From assembly GCF_004010195.1 (NCBI RefSeq), contig NC_057718.1, forward strand, positions 54,312,972 through 54,376,971: 64,000 nt of DNA. Direction: 5' to 3'. Origin of the DNA: Chiloscyllium plagiosum. Its lineage: Eukaryota. Both the position numbers and the translations under genes were made by a program. Below the pieces are notes generated by a model. That model was given only the letters and a program-made list of their open reading frames with translations, was not told the origin of the DNA and made no database searches. Of this stretch, positions 1 to 12,957 are shown piece by piece (within the stretch, counting starts at the first letter, position 1; the number at the start of each line of letters is the position of its first letter).

Positions 1-1916
1 TGAAAGGAAAGGCTGGTAGGTATAGGGAATGCTGGATGACTAAAGAAATTGAGGGTTTGGTTAAGAAAAAGAAGGAAGCATATGTCAGGTATGGACAGGA
101 TAGATCGAGTGAATCCTTAGAAGAGTATAAAGGAAGGAGGAGTATACTTAAGAGGGAAATCAAGAGGGCAAAAAGGGGACATGAGATAGCTTTGGCAAAT
201 AGAATTAAGGAGAATCCAAAGAGTTTTTACAAATACATTAAGAACAAAAGGGTAACTAGGGACAGAATAGAACCCCTCAAAGATCAGCAAGGTGGCCTTT
301 ATGTGGTGCCGCAGAAAATGGAGGAGATACTAAATGAGTATTTTGCATCAGTGTTTACTGTGGAAAAGGATATGGAAGATATAGACTTTAGGGAAATAGC
401 TGATGACATCTTGCAAAATGTCCATATTACAGAGGAGGAAGTGCTGGATGTTTTGAAACGCATAAAAGTGGATAAATCCCCAGGACCTGATCAGGTGTAC
501 CCTAGAACTCTGTGGGAAGCTAGAGAAGTGATTGTTGGGCCTCTTGGAGGTTGGCTAACGTGATGCCTCTGTTTAAGAAGGGTGGTAAGGACAAGCCAGG
601 GAACTATAGACCAGTGAGCCCTGACGTTGGTGGTGGGCAAGTTGTTGGAGAGAATCCTGGGGGACAGGATGTACATGTATTTGGAAAGGCAAGGACTGAT
701 TAGGTATAGTCAACAAGGCTTTGCGCGTGGGAACTCATATCTCACAAACTTTTTTGAGTTTTTTGAAGAAGTAACAAAGATGATTGATGAGGGCAGAGCA
801 GTAGATGTGATCTATATGGACTTCAGTAAGGCGTTCGACAAAATTCCCCATGGGAGACTGATTAGCAAGGTTAGATCTCATGGAATACAGGGAGAACTAG
901 CCATTTGGATACAGAACTGGCTCAAAGGTAGAAGACAGAGGGTGATGATGGAGGGTCATTTTTCAGACCGGAGGCCTGTGACCAATGGAGTGCCACAACA
1001 ATTGGTGTTGGGTCAAGGGGGTGAAAACGGTTACCTCAGATTACAAGATCTTGACCAGATGGGCCAATGGGCTAAGAAGTGGCAGATAGGATTTAATTCA
1101 GATAAATGCGAGGACCTGTAATTTGGGAAAGCAAATCTTAGCAGGACTTATATACTTAATGGTAAGGTCCTAGGGAGTGTTGCTGAACAAAGAGACCTTG
1201 GAGTGCAGGTTCATAGCTCCTTGAAAGTTGAGTCGCAGGTAGGTTGGATAGTGAAGAAGGCGTTTGGTATGCTTTCCTTTATTTGTTAGAGTATTGAGTA
1301 CAGGAGTTGGGAGGTCATGTTGCAGCTGTACAGGACATTGGTTCGGCCACTGTTGGAATATTTCATGCAATTCTGGTCTCCTTCCTATCGGAAAGATGTT
1401 GTGAAACTTGAAAGGGTTCAGAAAAGATTTACAAGGATGTTGCCCAGGGTTGGAGGATTTGAGCTATAGGGAGAGGCTGAACAGGCTGGGGCTGTTTTCC
1501 CTACAGCGTCGGAGGCTAAGGGGTGACCTTATAGAGATTTACAAAATTATAAGGAGCATAGATAGGGTAAATAGACAAAGTCTTTTCTCTGGGGTTGGGG
1601 AGTCCAGAACTAGAGGGCATAGGTTTAGGGTGAGAGGGGAAAGATATAAAAGAGACCTGCGGGGCAACCTTTTCACGCAGAGGGTGGTATGTGTATGGAA
1701 TGAGCTGCCAGAGGAAGTGCTGAAGGCTGGTACAATTGCAACATTTAAGAGGCATTTGGATGGGTATATGAATAGGAAGGGTTTGAAGGGATATGGGCCA
1801 GGTGCTGGCAGGTGGGACTATTTTGGGTTGGGATATCTGGTCAGCATGGACAGGTTGGACTGTAGGGTCTGTTTCCATGCTGTACATCTCTATGACTCTA
1901 TCTATGACTCCATGAC
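1..1916 (+). mobile_element. CR1 (HER1-like) LINE, 3' part of ORF2 reverse transcriptase plus 3' UTR; decayed
   Basis: ORFs 36..563, 627..1121 and 1408..2055 give CR1 ORF2 motifs (KSPGPDQVYPRTL, VDVIYMDFSKAFDKIPH, RTRGHRFRVRG...FTQRVVCVWNELP). A deletion near 1015 removes the FADD segment. (TCTATGAC)n tail at 1889-1916. Confidence 0.95.
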
Positions 1917-2142
1917 AGATGTCAGAGGTAGTTTCTTTACTCAAAGAGTAGTAGGGACGTGGAATTCACTGCTTGCAACAGTCATAGACTCGTCAACCTT
2001 AAGGGCATTTAAACGGTCATTGGATGAACATACGGACGAGAATGGGATAGTATAAGTTTGATCGGCTTCAGATTGGTTTCACAGGGCGGTGCAATATTGA
2101 GGGCTGAAGGGCCTGTCCTGCGTTTTAATGTTCTATGTTCTA
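1914..2142 (+). mobile_element. CR1 LINE 3' fragment of a second family with a (TGTTCTA)n tail
   Basis: DVRGSFFTQRVVGTWNSL...FKRSLDEH; 3' UTR gggctgaagggcctgt; tail atgttctatgttcta at 2128-2142. Confidence 0.85.
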
Positions 2143-4223
2143 TTACATTGTATGCAGATGATGTTATCTTTCTGTCGAACCCTGTAGTTTCGGTACTTCA
2201 TCTGATACAATGTATTAATTCATTTGGCGTCTTTTTGGGTTATAGGGTTAATTTTAGAAAATCAGAGGCCAAGCCTATGGGCAGGAGTCTCCAAAAAATA
2301 TCTGATGTTGAGGGTGAATCTCAGCTTCCTTATACATGGTCACGGGGGGGGAGGGTGGTGGTTGGGGGCGGGGGGCGCGGATGGTGGGGGGGGTGGGTTC
2401 CTTTATTAGGTATATTCATCACTCCTGTCTCTGATCAGCTATTACGGGCGAACTTTGTCCACTTATTTGACAAAATCAAACAACACCTTCAAAGGTGGTT
2501 CCAATGTCCTGGTTAGGACGGGTAGCTCTAACTAAAATGAATGTCCTGCCATGTCTGTTATACTCGATGTGAAAAACTTGCTTTGATCTTTACTAGACAA
2601 ACATTCAGGAGACTCAATGGCTAGATCAGCTCTTTTATTTGGCACCATAACGGCCCCTTATCAAGCTAATAAAATTGCAACTGCCCCACAAACAGGAGGG
2701 ACTGGGCCTTCCAGATATTAAAATCTACCAATTAAGCTCTCTGTTATCCTATGTTAGTGACTGGGCCAGCGGGGACTCTGCTTCAATATGGTTAGATATC
2801 GAAACTTCACAGTCAAAGTACCGCCTCATTAGTTTGCTGTACTTAGACAAAATGAGGACAGTTAAGGAACATTGTTATAATCCAATAGTTATCAATACTG
2901 TTGAAGCATGGAGGGCAATGTAGCAGATCGAGGGCAATATAGCCAAAACATCACTTCCTACTCCTATAATTGGTATGCCAGGTTTCCAACAGGGGATAAT
3001 GGACTCCAGGTTTAAACTCTGGGCAGCTGGGGGTGTGTCTTTCCTAGGTGACTTATTTAAGGGAGAAACAATGATGTCCTTTGATCAAATAACTCATAAG
3101 TACGGACTATCTAGTGGAGACCTTTCCCACTTTTTTCAGATCAGGGATTTTAATCAAAAAAGTACCACACTTTTAATCAACCCTTACAGATCCGACACAG
3201 GGAAGAGGGTGGTTAGTTCTAAGAACACACTTTGTCAGCACTCTTTATCATTTGTTGGAGGGTGGCCCCTCAGATGAGACTGAGTGGCTTCGTGAGGTCT
3301 GTGAGTGCCAGTCGGCGGCAAAATCCCATCTGAGACATGGGAGGACATTTGGGAAAATGCAAGAAAGATTTTGATTTGCAATTGGACTCATGTTCCATAG
3401 TTGAAGATTCTCCACAGGGTCCATCTTGTCCCAGATCGCCTCTCAAAGTTTGAAGTGGGAGTATCTTCAACATGTCCTTAAAGTAAAATGAGCACAGGTA
3501 CTCTCACTCATTGCCTTTAATCCTGCCACAGGCTCCGGACTTATGGAGTGATGTGGTAGATGCAATAGAGAGGATCTTGGGGACTGAATTGGAGATGGAC
3601 CCAACCTGTCTTCTCCTGAGCCTGCCCAGTGTGCTTCCTTTTGACGTGCATTGGAAAAAAACTTTTTAATATCTTTGTCTTCTGTGCAAGGAAAAACATT
3701 TTGTTATGTTTGGGTGTCTGAAAACCATCCCTTCCGCACCACTCCCCGACCCCCCCACCACCCCCCCACCCCGTGTCTTTCAGGTTGGCGTAAGTTAGTT
3801 ATGGAGCATATCCCTTTGGATTTTCTTACAAGTATGTTGCACCAAAAACCTGAGAATTTTTACAAGACATGGCAGCCCTTTTTGGATTACTTGGATGCAG
3901 ACTTATGTGTCACTCTACTAAGAGCACTTATACAGCCATGACAAGTGTGCCTAATGAATCTGGTATCCTGAGAGGAAGGATTACAAACAGGTGAATGTGT
4001 ATCGGTTAACACTCTCAATGGTTGCAAGCTATTGTTTTGTTATGCTGAGCCATATTATTTATTACATATTTATTTGTTTGTTAACTGAGGTGTTTCTTTA
4101 TACATATATGTACATGAGTGTAGTTCTGTTCTTTTTGGAGTTTTTTTGAGTTGTGTTGTTTTTTTTTGTTGGTTTATTGTAATGTTAAAAAATCTCTTTT
4201 CCAATAAAGATACCTTTAAAAAA
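2143..4223 (+). mobile_element. L1-clade LINE, ORF2 from the RT YADD motif to the C-terminus plus 3' UTR; decayed
   Basis: ITLYADDVIFLSNP...FGVFLGYRVNFRKSE and LQLPHKQEGLGLPDIKIY. Degenerate Cys/His knuckle near 3470-3515. T-rich UTR ends in AATAAA (4203-4208) and an A-run. Confidence 0.9.
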
Positions 4224-4949
4224 GTGGAATTGGATATATTTCCTTATCAAAGGAAGCCTTATGCTGTGCTCTGCAATTATGCTACTGTACAAATTGGGTA
4301 GAAATGTTTAGATTGCTTTCCAGTCTGTCACTTGATTGAACATCAAATTCAGCTCAGCTTGGAAACTGTATTTCATGTTCCATCTGAAATATGAATTTGA
4401 ACTGTGATAATAGGTAACTTTGCCAAGCTGAATCAGTGGTTTTATTTCTGTATTCAATGTATAAATTATTTGCAAGAACTGGAAATCAATCTGAACATTC
4501 CTGGTATCGCAGCCAAATTGAACACTGTTCTATCAGTGAGACATATTGAGATCAATTTTCCAGGAAAATGTGTTAGTACACCTCCTACCAGGCATTTGTC
4601 AAAAGAGCATTATTGGACTGTTAAATTCATGGGCTTATTTAATTTTGTGGGATCAGCTTTGTTAATATAATCTGGACAATTTCCTGGTGTATCATTCGGG
4701 AGCTCATTAGTGGGAGCTGAGAAATCATCTGCAGACAGCCACTACAAATGGTGTTAGGATAAAGTTTAATAAAAGTAAGCATTTAAAAATAGGTAGGCCC
4801 ATTTAGGTCTTAAAAATAATAGTAGCTTTCATTTCTAACATATCTATTGCACAGTTTATCCTTTTTGAGGTTTTTTTTATTTAGAAAATTGCCTGGTAAA
4901 TCCCAATGGCTAGCTCAATAAATAGTGAAGACAAAAAAACAGAGGAAGA

Positions 4950-5296
4950 TAAGGTGAATGACAAGGGTCTTTTCCCTAAGGTGGAGAGTTCAAAACTAGG
5001 CGGCATATTTTGAGGGTGAGAGGAGAAAGATGTAAAAAGGACAGGAGGGGCAACTTTTTTACACAGGGAGTGGTTTGTGTATGGAATGAACTGCCAGATA
5101 AAGTGGTGGATGCAGGTATAGTTACAACATTTAAAAGACATTTGGATAAGTTCATGAATAGGAAAAGTTTGGAGGGATAGTGGCCATGTGCAGGCAGGTG
5201 GGATTATTTTAGTTTGGAAACATGGTCAACGTTGACTAGTTGGAGGAAGGATCTGTTTCCATGCTCTATGAATCTATGATTCTATGACACAATGAC
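4950..5296 (+). mobile_element. CR1 LINE 3' fragment
   Basis: Matches the 3' end of the 1-1916 element (gggcaactttttacacagggagtgg...ggaatgaactgcca); (TCTATGA)n tail at 5265-5288. Confidence 0.9.
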
Positions 5297-5747
5297 TCTA
5301 ATTTTGACTCCCATCCACCGCCTCCAACCTCATAGTCCCACAACCCCGCACCGCCCGCTTCTACCTCCTGCCCAAAATCCACAAACCTGACTGCCCCGGC
5401 CGACCCATTGTCTCTGCCTGCTCCTGCCCCACCGAACTCATCTCCGCATACCTCGACACGGTCCTGTCCCCCTTAGTCCAAGAACTCCCCACCTACGTTC
5501 GGGACACCACCCATGCCCTCCACCTCCTCCATGATTTTTGCTTCCCCGGTCCCCAACGCCTTATTTTCACCATGGACATCCAGTCCCTGTACACCTCCAT
5601 CCCCCATCACGAAGGACTCAAAGCACTCCGCTTCTTCCTTTCCCGCCGTACCAACCAGTACCCTTCCACTGACACCCTCCTTCGACTGACTGAACTGATC
5701 CTCACCCTGAACAACTTCTCTTTCCAATCCTCCCACTTCCCCCAAAC

Positions 5748-6689
5748 NNNNNNNNNNNNNNNNNNNNNNNNNNNNNNNNNNNNNNNNNNNNNNNNNNNNN
5801 NNNNNNNNNNNNNNNNNNNNNNNNNNNNNNNNNNNNNNNNNNNNNNNNNNNNNNNNNNNNNNNNNNNNNNNNNNNNNNNNNNNNNNNNNNNNNNNNNNNN
5901 NNNNNNNNNNNNNNNNNNNNNNNNNNNNNNNNNNNNNNNNNNNNNNNNNNNNNNNNNNNNNNNNNNNNNNNNNNNNNNNNNNNNNNNNNNNNNNNNNNNN
6001 NNNNNNNNNNNNNNNNNNNNNNNNNNNNNNNNNNNNNNNNNNNNNNNNNNNNNNNNNNNNNNNNNNNNNNNNNNNNNNNNNNNNNNNNNNNNNNNNNNNN
6101 NNNNNNNNNNNNNNNNNNNNNNNNNNNNNNNNNNNNNNNNNNNNNNNNNNNNNNNNNNNNNNNNNNNNNNNNNNNNNNNNNNNNNNNNNNNNNNNNNNNN
6201 NNNNNNNNNNNNNNNNNNNNNNNNNNNNNNNNNNNNNNNNNNNNNNNNNNNNNNNNNNNNNNNNNNNNNNNNNNNNNNNNNNNNNNNNNNNNNNNNNNNN
6301 NNNNNNNNNNNNNNNNNNNNNNNNNNNNNNNNNNNNNNNNNNNNNNNNNNNNNNNNNNNNNNNNNNNNNNNNNNNNNNNNNNNNNNNNNNNNNNNNNNNN
6401 NNNNNNNNNNNNNNNNNNNNNNNNNNNNNNNNNNNNNNNNNNNNNNNNNNNNNNNNNNNNNNNNNNNNNNNNNNNNNNNNNNNNNNNNNNNNNNNNNNNN
6501 NNNNNNNNNNNNNNNNNNNNNNNNNNNNNNNNNNNNNNNNNNNNNNNNNNNNNNNNNNNNNNNNNNNNNNNNNNNNNNNNNNNNNNNNNNNNNNNNNNNN
6601 NNNNNNNNNNNNNNNNNNNNNNNNNNNNNNNNNNNNNNNNNNNNNNNNNNNNNNNNNNNNNNNNNNNNNNNNNNNNNNNNNNNNNNNNN
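5748..6689. other. Assembly gap (942 N)
   Basis: Run of N. Confidence 1.
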
Positions 6690-6803
6690 TCTCCGGCCTA
6701 TCACCCTCACCTTAACCTCCTTCCACCTATCGCATTCCCAACGCCCCTTCCCCAAGTCCCTCCTCCCTACCTTTTATCTTAGCCTGCTGGACAAACTTTC
6801 CTC

Positions 6804-6839
6804 ATTCCTGAAGAAGGGCTTATGCCCGAAACGTCGATT
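6804..6839 (+). ncRNA. Minimal type I hammerhead ribozyme motif in PLE pLTR
   Basis: attc-CTGAAGA-a-GGGC-ttat-GCCC-GAAAC-GTC-gatt. Core and stem II are intact; stem I is short and imperfect. Predicted cleavage after 6835. Confidence 0.75.
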
Positions 6840-8149
6840 TTCCTGTTCCCTAGATGCTGCCTGACCTGCTGCGCTTTTCCAGCAACACATTTCCAGCTCT
6901 AATTTTGACTATGGCTAATAGTGTAAACCAACAAGATTAAGATCAATTCAAATGTTTATTATACAAGTGCAATAAGAGGTACATTTAAGAGATAATGAAT
7001 TGATATACATTTTTATCACTCAACATCAAATGTAATCTCCTACCCCCAACCCTATTCTGCGGCTGATCAAAGGACAACAGATCAATCCAATGTCCTTGTG
7101 CAATGGCTGATAAAGCAGAGATGGTAAGAAAAGGAATAGTAACACAGACAATGAAACTATAATTTGAAAAACAGAAAAAGAAATTGTAGCATTTACTTGG
7201 CATAACTAATGCTTAAGGATAAATTTTATGATGTATTCTGCAGCGAGTAACTCATTTCCTGATGCCCTATCAATTGGCACCCCAGGGCTCTGTCATTTAC
7301 TCATTCAGTAGAAGATTATAGTGTAACAACTGCCAATTTTCCTTTTCTCTCTACAACAAAAACACCTAATCTTAACAAGTGCTTCCTCCATCTCTCACTA
7401 TCACTCCATAGTGCCATAATGTGACTAAAATGCGATTAAAATCAAAAAATGAATATGTAAGGATTTGTAGATGCAAGTGAAATTCCAAATAATAAGCTAA
7501 CTTTACCTATTGGACTATTGTGTGATTTTTAACTTTGCTTTAAATTGTTTCACACTTTAAATTAATTTCTACTCTTTCATAGGAAATTGTTGTTGTTGGA
7601 CTAGCTACTTACTCATCAAGGTGGTTATTCAGTGTTGCTGAATGAATTTATATTGCACTTGTCCTATTGTTGGCATCAAGCATTCCATGCATCATAGGTC
7701 AGGTTTAGCTTAAAACTCACTCCTTAGAGCTCTAGCAAAGGACCAAACTATACTTTGGAATATCAACCCTGAGGGAATCAGTATGATATTTTCATTTCCA
7801 TAAGTGACAATCTCATGAATGATATTCCTCAATGTGTTGAGTTATGAACTGTCTGTTTTTACCTCTGAAAGCTCCAGTAAGGAGCAATGTGTAAACAAAA
7901 TGTACTCCAAATAACAGTTTTATCTGTGCTTGAACCAAATTACATGCTAACAGCTGTTTCCTTTTTTAAAAAACAAATAAATATGGACACTGATGGACCG
8001 AACACTGAGCCTCCCAACCTGCCCAACATAATTGCAATACCTTGTATATTGCCAAAGTGCTTTCCAATCCTCCAAAACCATGTAATCCAGTGGTTCTCAA
8101 GAATAGATTCAAAATTATGATACTAATATCAATAGCATAATCAAGTTAT

Positions 8150-8555
8150 AGAATGGGGATAGCACAGAATGGTTTCCTGCCATTGAACCTGATTTGTCCA
8201 TGTCCAGTCTCTGCAAAAGCAACTCTGCCATTGCAGCCCCATGCTCTTTCCAAGTGGCCCAATAACATTTTTTCTCTTCACTTACTTATCTAATTCACTT
8301 TTCAAAGCCATAATTGAATTTGACTCCTGTATAATCTCTGATGGATTCTAGCCATTTTCTGCATAAAAGTACTTTTTGTTGTGCTGTCATTGCTTCATTT
8401 GTGAATCACTGAAGAGCAGTATTCATTGGTTTTCAACTCTTCTGTCAATGTGAACAGTTTAACTTTATTTAGACCACTCAAGATTTGAACTCCTCTATCA
8501 AGCCACCTCTTAACATGCTGTTCTTCCAGCAGAACAACCCTTCCTTCTCCAATCC
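8150..8555 (-). mobile_element. Old, degraded CR1 3' fragment
   Basis: Reverse-complement resemblance to CR1 3' UTR and ORF2 end (cttatctaattcacttttcaaagcc; gaacaacccttccttctccaatc). Confidence 0.55.
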
Positions 8556-8569
8556 ACAGAGATCATAGT

Positions 8570-8790
8570 TGTTAACCTGCTCCTGGGCCTGGCCAAATGA
8601 ACATTAATAAATCCAGGCATTGGGAAGTTAACAGTGATCATTCATCCCAAGTACTTAACTCTTTTCCATAGTTACATCCACACCCAGCTGTCCCTGGAGA
8701 GGAAGCTCAGTGTCCACCTGAAGCTTGAATTCAGTAGGGTCCACGAAGCTGTACGGCACTTTCAGCACCCCTAAAAAAAACAAATAGTCT
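8570..8790 (+). mobile_element. Tx1-clade (L1 group) LINE C-terminal relic
   Basis: ctgctcctgggcctggccaaa reads LLLGLAK and gtccctggagagg reads SLER, typical of Tx1 ORF2 C-termini. A T-rich UTR follows. Confidence 0.55.
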
Positions 8791-8989
8791 AATTTTGGTA
8801 TGTTTCGTTTCAAGGTTTGGTTCTGTCATGTTGTTTATCAATAGGGTTGGTTATTTAATTGTTTATTCAGTTGTTTATCTGATTGCCCAAAAACACATGT
8901 CTTCCTATTCCTGTATCTGTTTTAAAATTATAAACTTTCAGTTATTCTTCACTTACTTACTACTTGTATCATTTCACACTGCACATTTA

Positions 8990-11150
8990 TAGGAATCACA
9001 GAATTATTAAGGTGCAGAATGAGACCATTAAATTACCATGTCTGCACTTGGCTCCTAGCATGTTAACTTAGTGCTACACTCTTGTCTTTTCCCCAAAAAG
9101 TAGCACATTCTCTCTTTTTAAATAATTATCTAATGCCCTGTTGAGTGCTTCAGTTAAACCTGCCTCCATCACACTTCCAAGCAGTGTATTTCATTTCCCA
9201 ACTAATTGTTTGTGCAAAAGTTTTTCTCACTTATTTTTTCCTTCTTTGATTTTTGATCCATTTAAGTAGGACCAGTTTCTCTCTGTCCAGACCTCTCAAA
9301 GCTTTGCAAACTTCTGTCAAATATTTTCTTAGCCTTCTCATCTCTGCAGAAATAGTCCTAACTTCTTTAATCTGTCTGCCTCATTCCTGAAACCATTCTT
9401 CTGCATTCTCTTCAAAACATTCCCATATTTCCAATAGTGCGCCATTCCAAACTGTACACAATACTCCAACTGAGATGCAACAAGTGCCTTACATAAGTTC
9501 AGCATCAGTTGCTTGCTCTTGTGTTTCTGAATCTGAAGGCAGTACTTGTCTTAATGTGTTCTTAATGCCAAAGTACATCACTTCACACTTTTCTGCTTTG
9601 AACTTCATCTGCCACTTATTCGCCCACTCCATTAACATGTCAGTCTTTTGGGAGTTCTACACAGTCCTCCTCACAGTTTACAATTCTCCCAGACTTTGAA
9701 ATTTCCTTCTCCATTCCAAGATCTAGAACACTTTCTATATGTGTATGTATATATATAAAAGGTAAAGCAAGAGTTCATACACATATCCTTGAGAGGCTCC
9801 ACTACAAACCTTTTTTCCATCCCAGAAATTATTTATGAGTCATTACTTTCTGTTTCCGATCCCTCAGTCAATTTTACATTCATGTTGCTACTGCCCCTTG
9901 TTTTCCATGACCTATAACTTTCCTCACAAGTTTGTTGTGTGGCACTGAATGGGATATATTTTGGAACTACATGTATGTCACAGCATTAGACTCCCCTCAT
10001 CAAAGCTCATCTACCTCTTCAAAAAACTTTGGTAATCTTTAGACATGACTATCCCTTAATTAATCCACACTGACTCCTTCAACACATTACACATTTTCCA
10101 TCTGACTGTTAATTTTATCCCAAACAATTGTTTCTCAAAGCTTCCCCACCATTGAAATCAAACTGATTGGTCTGTTGGGCTGATCTTTGCAAGCTTTTAT
10201 GGACAAGACATCATGTTTTCAATTGCCATATTCTCTGACACAACCACTGACTCCAGGGAAGTTTGAAAAATTGTTGCCTGTGTCAGAGTTTTCACTCTCA
10301 CGTCCTTCAATATTTTTGGACCATCTCATCTGGTCCCAATATCTTACCATCTATCAGTTGCAGCTTATCCAATACTTCATCTTTATCAATTTTAAATCCA
10401 TCCGGTGACTGAGATTCCTTCTCTATCACCATGGCATGAGCAGCATCAGTCTCAAAGGTAAACACAGATGCAAAGTATTCATTCAACACTGTAGCCATGT
10501 GTCTTGCCTCTAAGTATAAATCTGCTCTCTGGTCCCTAATCAGCCCTGTTCCTTTTTTCAGGATTCTTTTACTCTTGAGTGAAACTAGGTTAGTTTGGAA
10601 AACTTGGTCATCAGCATGGATGAGTTGGACCGAAGGGTCTGTTTCCATGCTGAATGACTCTGTGTTCTAATAGAAGAATTTAAGATTTCCTCTTATGTTA
10701 ACTGCCAGTATTTTTTCATAAACCGTGTTTACTTTTTATATCTGCTTTCTCATCTCCTGCTGAACCTTTTACATTCAGCTTGGTTCTCAACTGTAATTAT
10801 GACCTGACAACTGTCACAAGTACAATTTTTCCTCTTTAACATCCTTTACATCTCCTTTGTCATCCAGTGAGCTCCAGATTTGTTTGTCCTAGCTTTCTCT
10901 TTTGAGGAAATATACCTTGACTGTGCCAAAAACCATCTCTGCTTTGAAGGTAGCCCATTGTTCAGCTATTGTATCTCCCAACAACGTTTGGTTCCATTCT
11001 ATGCGTCCCAGTTCTGTCTTATCCCATTGAAGTCTGGTCTTCACCAGTTAATTGTTCTTACTCTAGATTGACCAATATTATATTCTACCATCATCCTTAA
11101 CCTTATGATACAATGATCACTGTTTACTAAATAGTCTCCTACTATCAACT
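8990..11150 (-). mobile_element. Old CR1 LINE ORF2; heavily decayed
   Basis: ORF 10307..10648(-) contains MATVLNEYFASVFT...LGPDEM. Reversed 3' end (ataggaatcacagaat) near 8990. Confidence 0.8.
10585..10662 (+). mobile_element. Short CR1 3' UTR insertion inside the older CR1
   Basis: cagcatggatgagttggaccgaagggtctgtttccatgctg is the young CR1 3' UTR, in the opposite orientation to its host. Confidence 0.8.
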
Positions 11151-12139
11151 TGAAAACAACTGAGTTATACTAATGACATAGCTGTTAAGAGTCAACCATC
11201 TTGCTGCTGGGTACATATTCACCACGGTAGTTAAGAACACTAGATTACTAAAAAAAGAACATCTATGACAATTCAGCAGCTTTGTGGTCACCAATTCAAA
11301 TGATAGCTTTTAATTCCAGGTGTATTGTGTTAATTTAATTTAAATTCCCCAATTCCTGAACACACATCTCTGAATTGTTAGTCCAGGAGTTCTAATCTAA
11401 AAACAGAGCTGGTATGAGACATTATCCTTGAGGATATCACTGTCCATCAGGGAAGCTAATTCTGCTTGTTCTTAATTAATTTTCAGTCTTCCAGAATCAC
11501 CTTCATCCCACAGGCTGCGAGGATTCAAGTGGGTGGCCCAATATTAACTTTTCAAAACCAACTGAGAGTGGTCATCAAACGTTGGCCTTGCCAGTGATGT
11601 CTATCTCCTGAGAATTAATAAGAGCCAGGGGAACATTGATTTAAAAATTGGAAGAATAATGCATTTCTGCTGCACAAAGCAAGAAAATAGTAAACTGGAC
11701 ATAAAACTGAACATGTTTGAAATACACTTCATGTCAAACTGTCAGACTTACCTAGTTCCTTCCCACATTAGATATTGCATTGCCTAGTCAATGACTGATT
11801 TTCTGTCAATGTTTAGAAAATAAATTCAAATAGCATTTTAGAAGTCCAGATGGTATAATATATCAAAAAGCTTAACCTATATAAAAACAATGCTTCTACT
11901 CTTGTCTAATCTGTAGTCAAATTACTTCCACAGAATTTCAGGAACATCTTCAGTATGCACAGGGTAAAATCTGACCATTTATAAGTAGCTGGAATTTTAC
12001 AACTTAAAAAAGTGCAAAATCACATTGCTTATTTGTGGTCTGTAAACGGAGGATATTGTATGTGTGAATGGAGTGTACAATCAGGTTTTCCCTTTATAGT
12101 ATTTCAAATAAGTCAACCCTGCAAATGATAGTTAAGTCT

Positions 12140-12515
12140 TCTTTACAAGGGATCTACATCTGCCTTTGTTCTTCTAGATAGAAGTGGTGCTGTTTAAGGA
12201 TCTTTGGAGAATTTATGCAGTGCATCTTGTAGATAGTAACCCCTGCTGCTACTGAATTGGTGGTAGAGGGAGTGGATGTTTGTGGATGTAGTGCCAATAA
12301 AGCAACCTGCTTTGTCCTGAACGGTGTCAAGCCTCTTGAGTGTTGTTTGAACTGCACTCATCCAGGCAAATGTGGAGTCTTCAATTATACACCTCTTTGG
12401 AGAGTCAGGAGGTGGGTTTGTCATTGCAGTATTCCTAGTGTCTGACCTGTTCTTGTAGCTATTGTGTTTATGTGACAAGTCCAGTTTAGCTTCTGGTCAA
12501 TGATAATCCCAAGAG
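12140..12515 (-). mobile_element. CR1/L2-group LINE fragment, same family as 33620-35800 and 42290-42818
   Basis: ORF 12194..12478(-) reads AWMSAVQTTLKRLDTVQDKAGCFIG; homologous to 35330-35560(+). Confidence 0.75.
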
Positions 12516-12772
12516 TTCTAGCAACCCCTGTGACTTTGTATGATATGTTGAAGAATTTCACTGGGCCATGCCCAGGTTACTCACAATTTCCTAGAACAGC
12601 AAAGATGTGAGATTTGAATCCTAGTCATACTGGATCTCAGTGCAGATTATATCCTGTGAAGAAATAAATCAGTTTTGGCTGAAACAGTTTTCAGGAAAAC
12701 AAATGACCTCTGGGAAATGGATAGTCACGCTTATGATGAGAAGGATATGCTAATGGCCCCCTTTTCTTTTAG

Positions 12773-12957
12773 GCAGGTGTCCCACACAGTCCAGTAACAC
12801 CCCAATGAATGGTTATCAAACAATGGGTATGGGAATCACAGGTGCAGGAATTCAAATTCCAGATGAGCCCTCAATTTATTATGACCATATCCTCAGTGAG
12901 ACCCCCATGCTACCACAGCTCCAGATGGTTTGCATGGATGTGCCAAGCCCCAGTTAA
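12773..12957 (+). CDS. Candidate terminal coding exon of an unidentified host gene (..RCPTQSSNTPMNGYQTMGMGITGAGIQIPDEPSIYYDHILSETPMLPQLQMVCMDVPSPS*)
   Basis: Branch-point-like CTAAT at 12750-12754, pyrimidine tract ccccttttctttt, AG at 12771-12772. 60 open codons in the frame from 12775 to TAA at 12955-12957. Non-repetitive, UTR-like sequence follows. Confidence 0.5.

Larger units (their letters stand above)
5310..6896 (+). mobile_element. Penelope-like element, 5'-truncated: RT, assembly gap, then 3' pseudo-LTR (pLTR); 14-bp TSD
   Basis: RTARFYLLPKIHKPDCPGRPIVSAC...TMDIQSLYTSIPHHEGL...LTLNNFSF are PLE RT motifs. CTCTAATTTTGACT is duplicated at 5296-5309 and 6897-6910. Confidence 0.93.

Noticed and set aside
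1516..1944. Recurrent MPFKCCNCTSLHHFLWQLIPY-type ORFs (also at 4881, 14574, 16779, 31286 and 41549)
   Set aside because: These are antisense translations of the CR1 3' end, not a Cys-rich gene family.
5572..6864. 430-aa and 382-aa ORFs
   Set aside because: Their length comes from reading through the N gap; only the PLE RT part is real.
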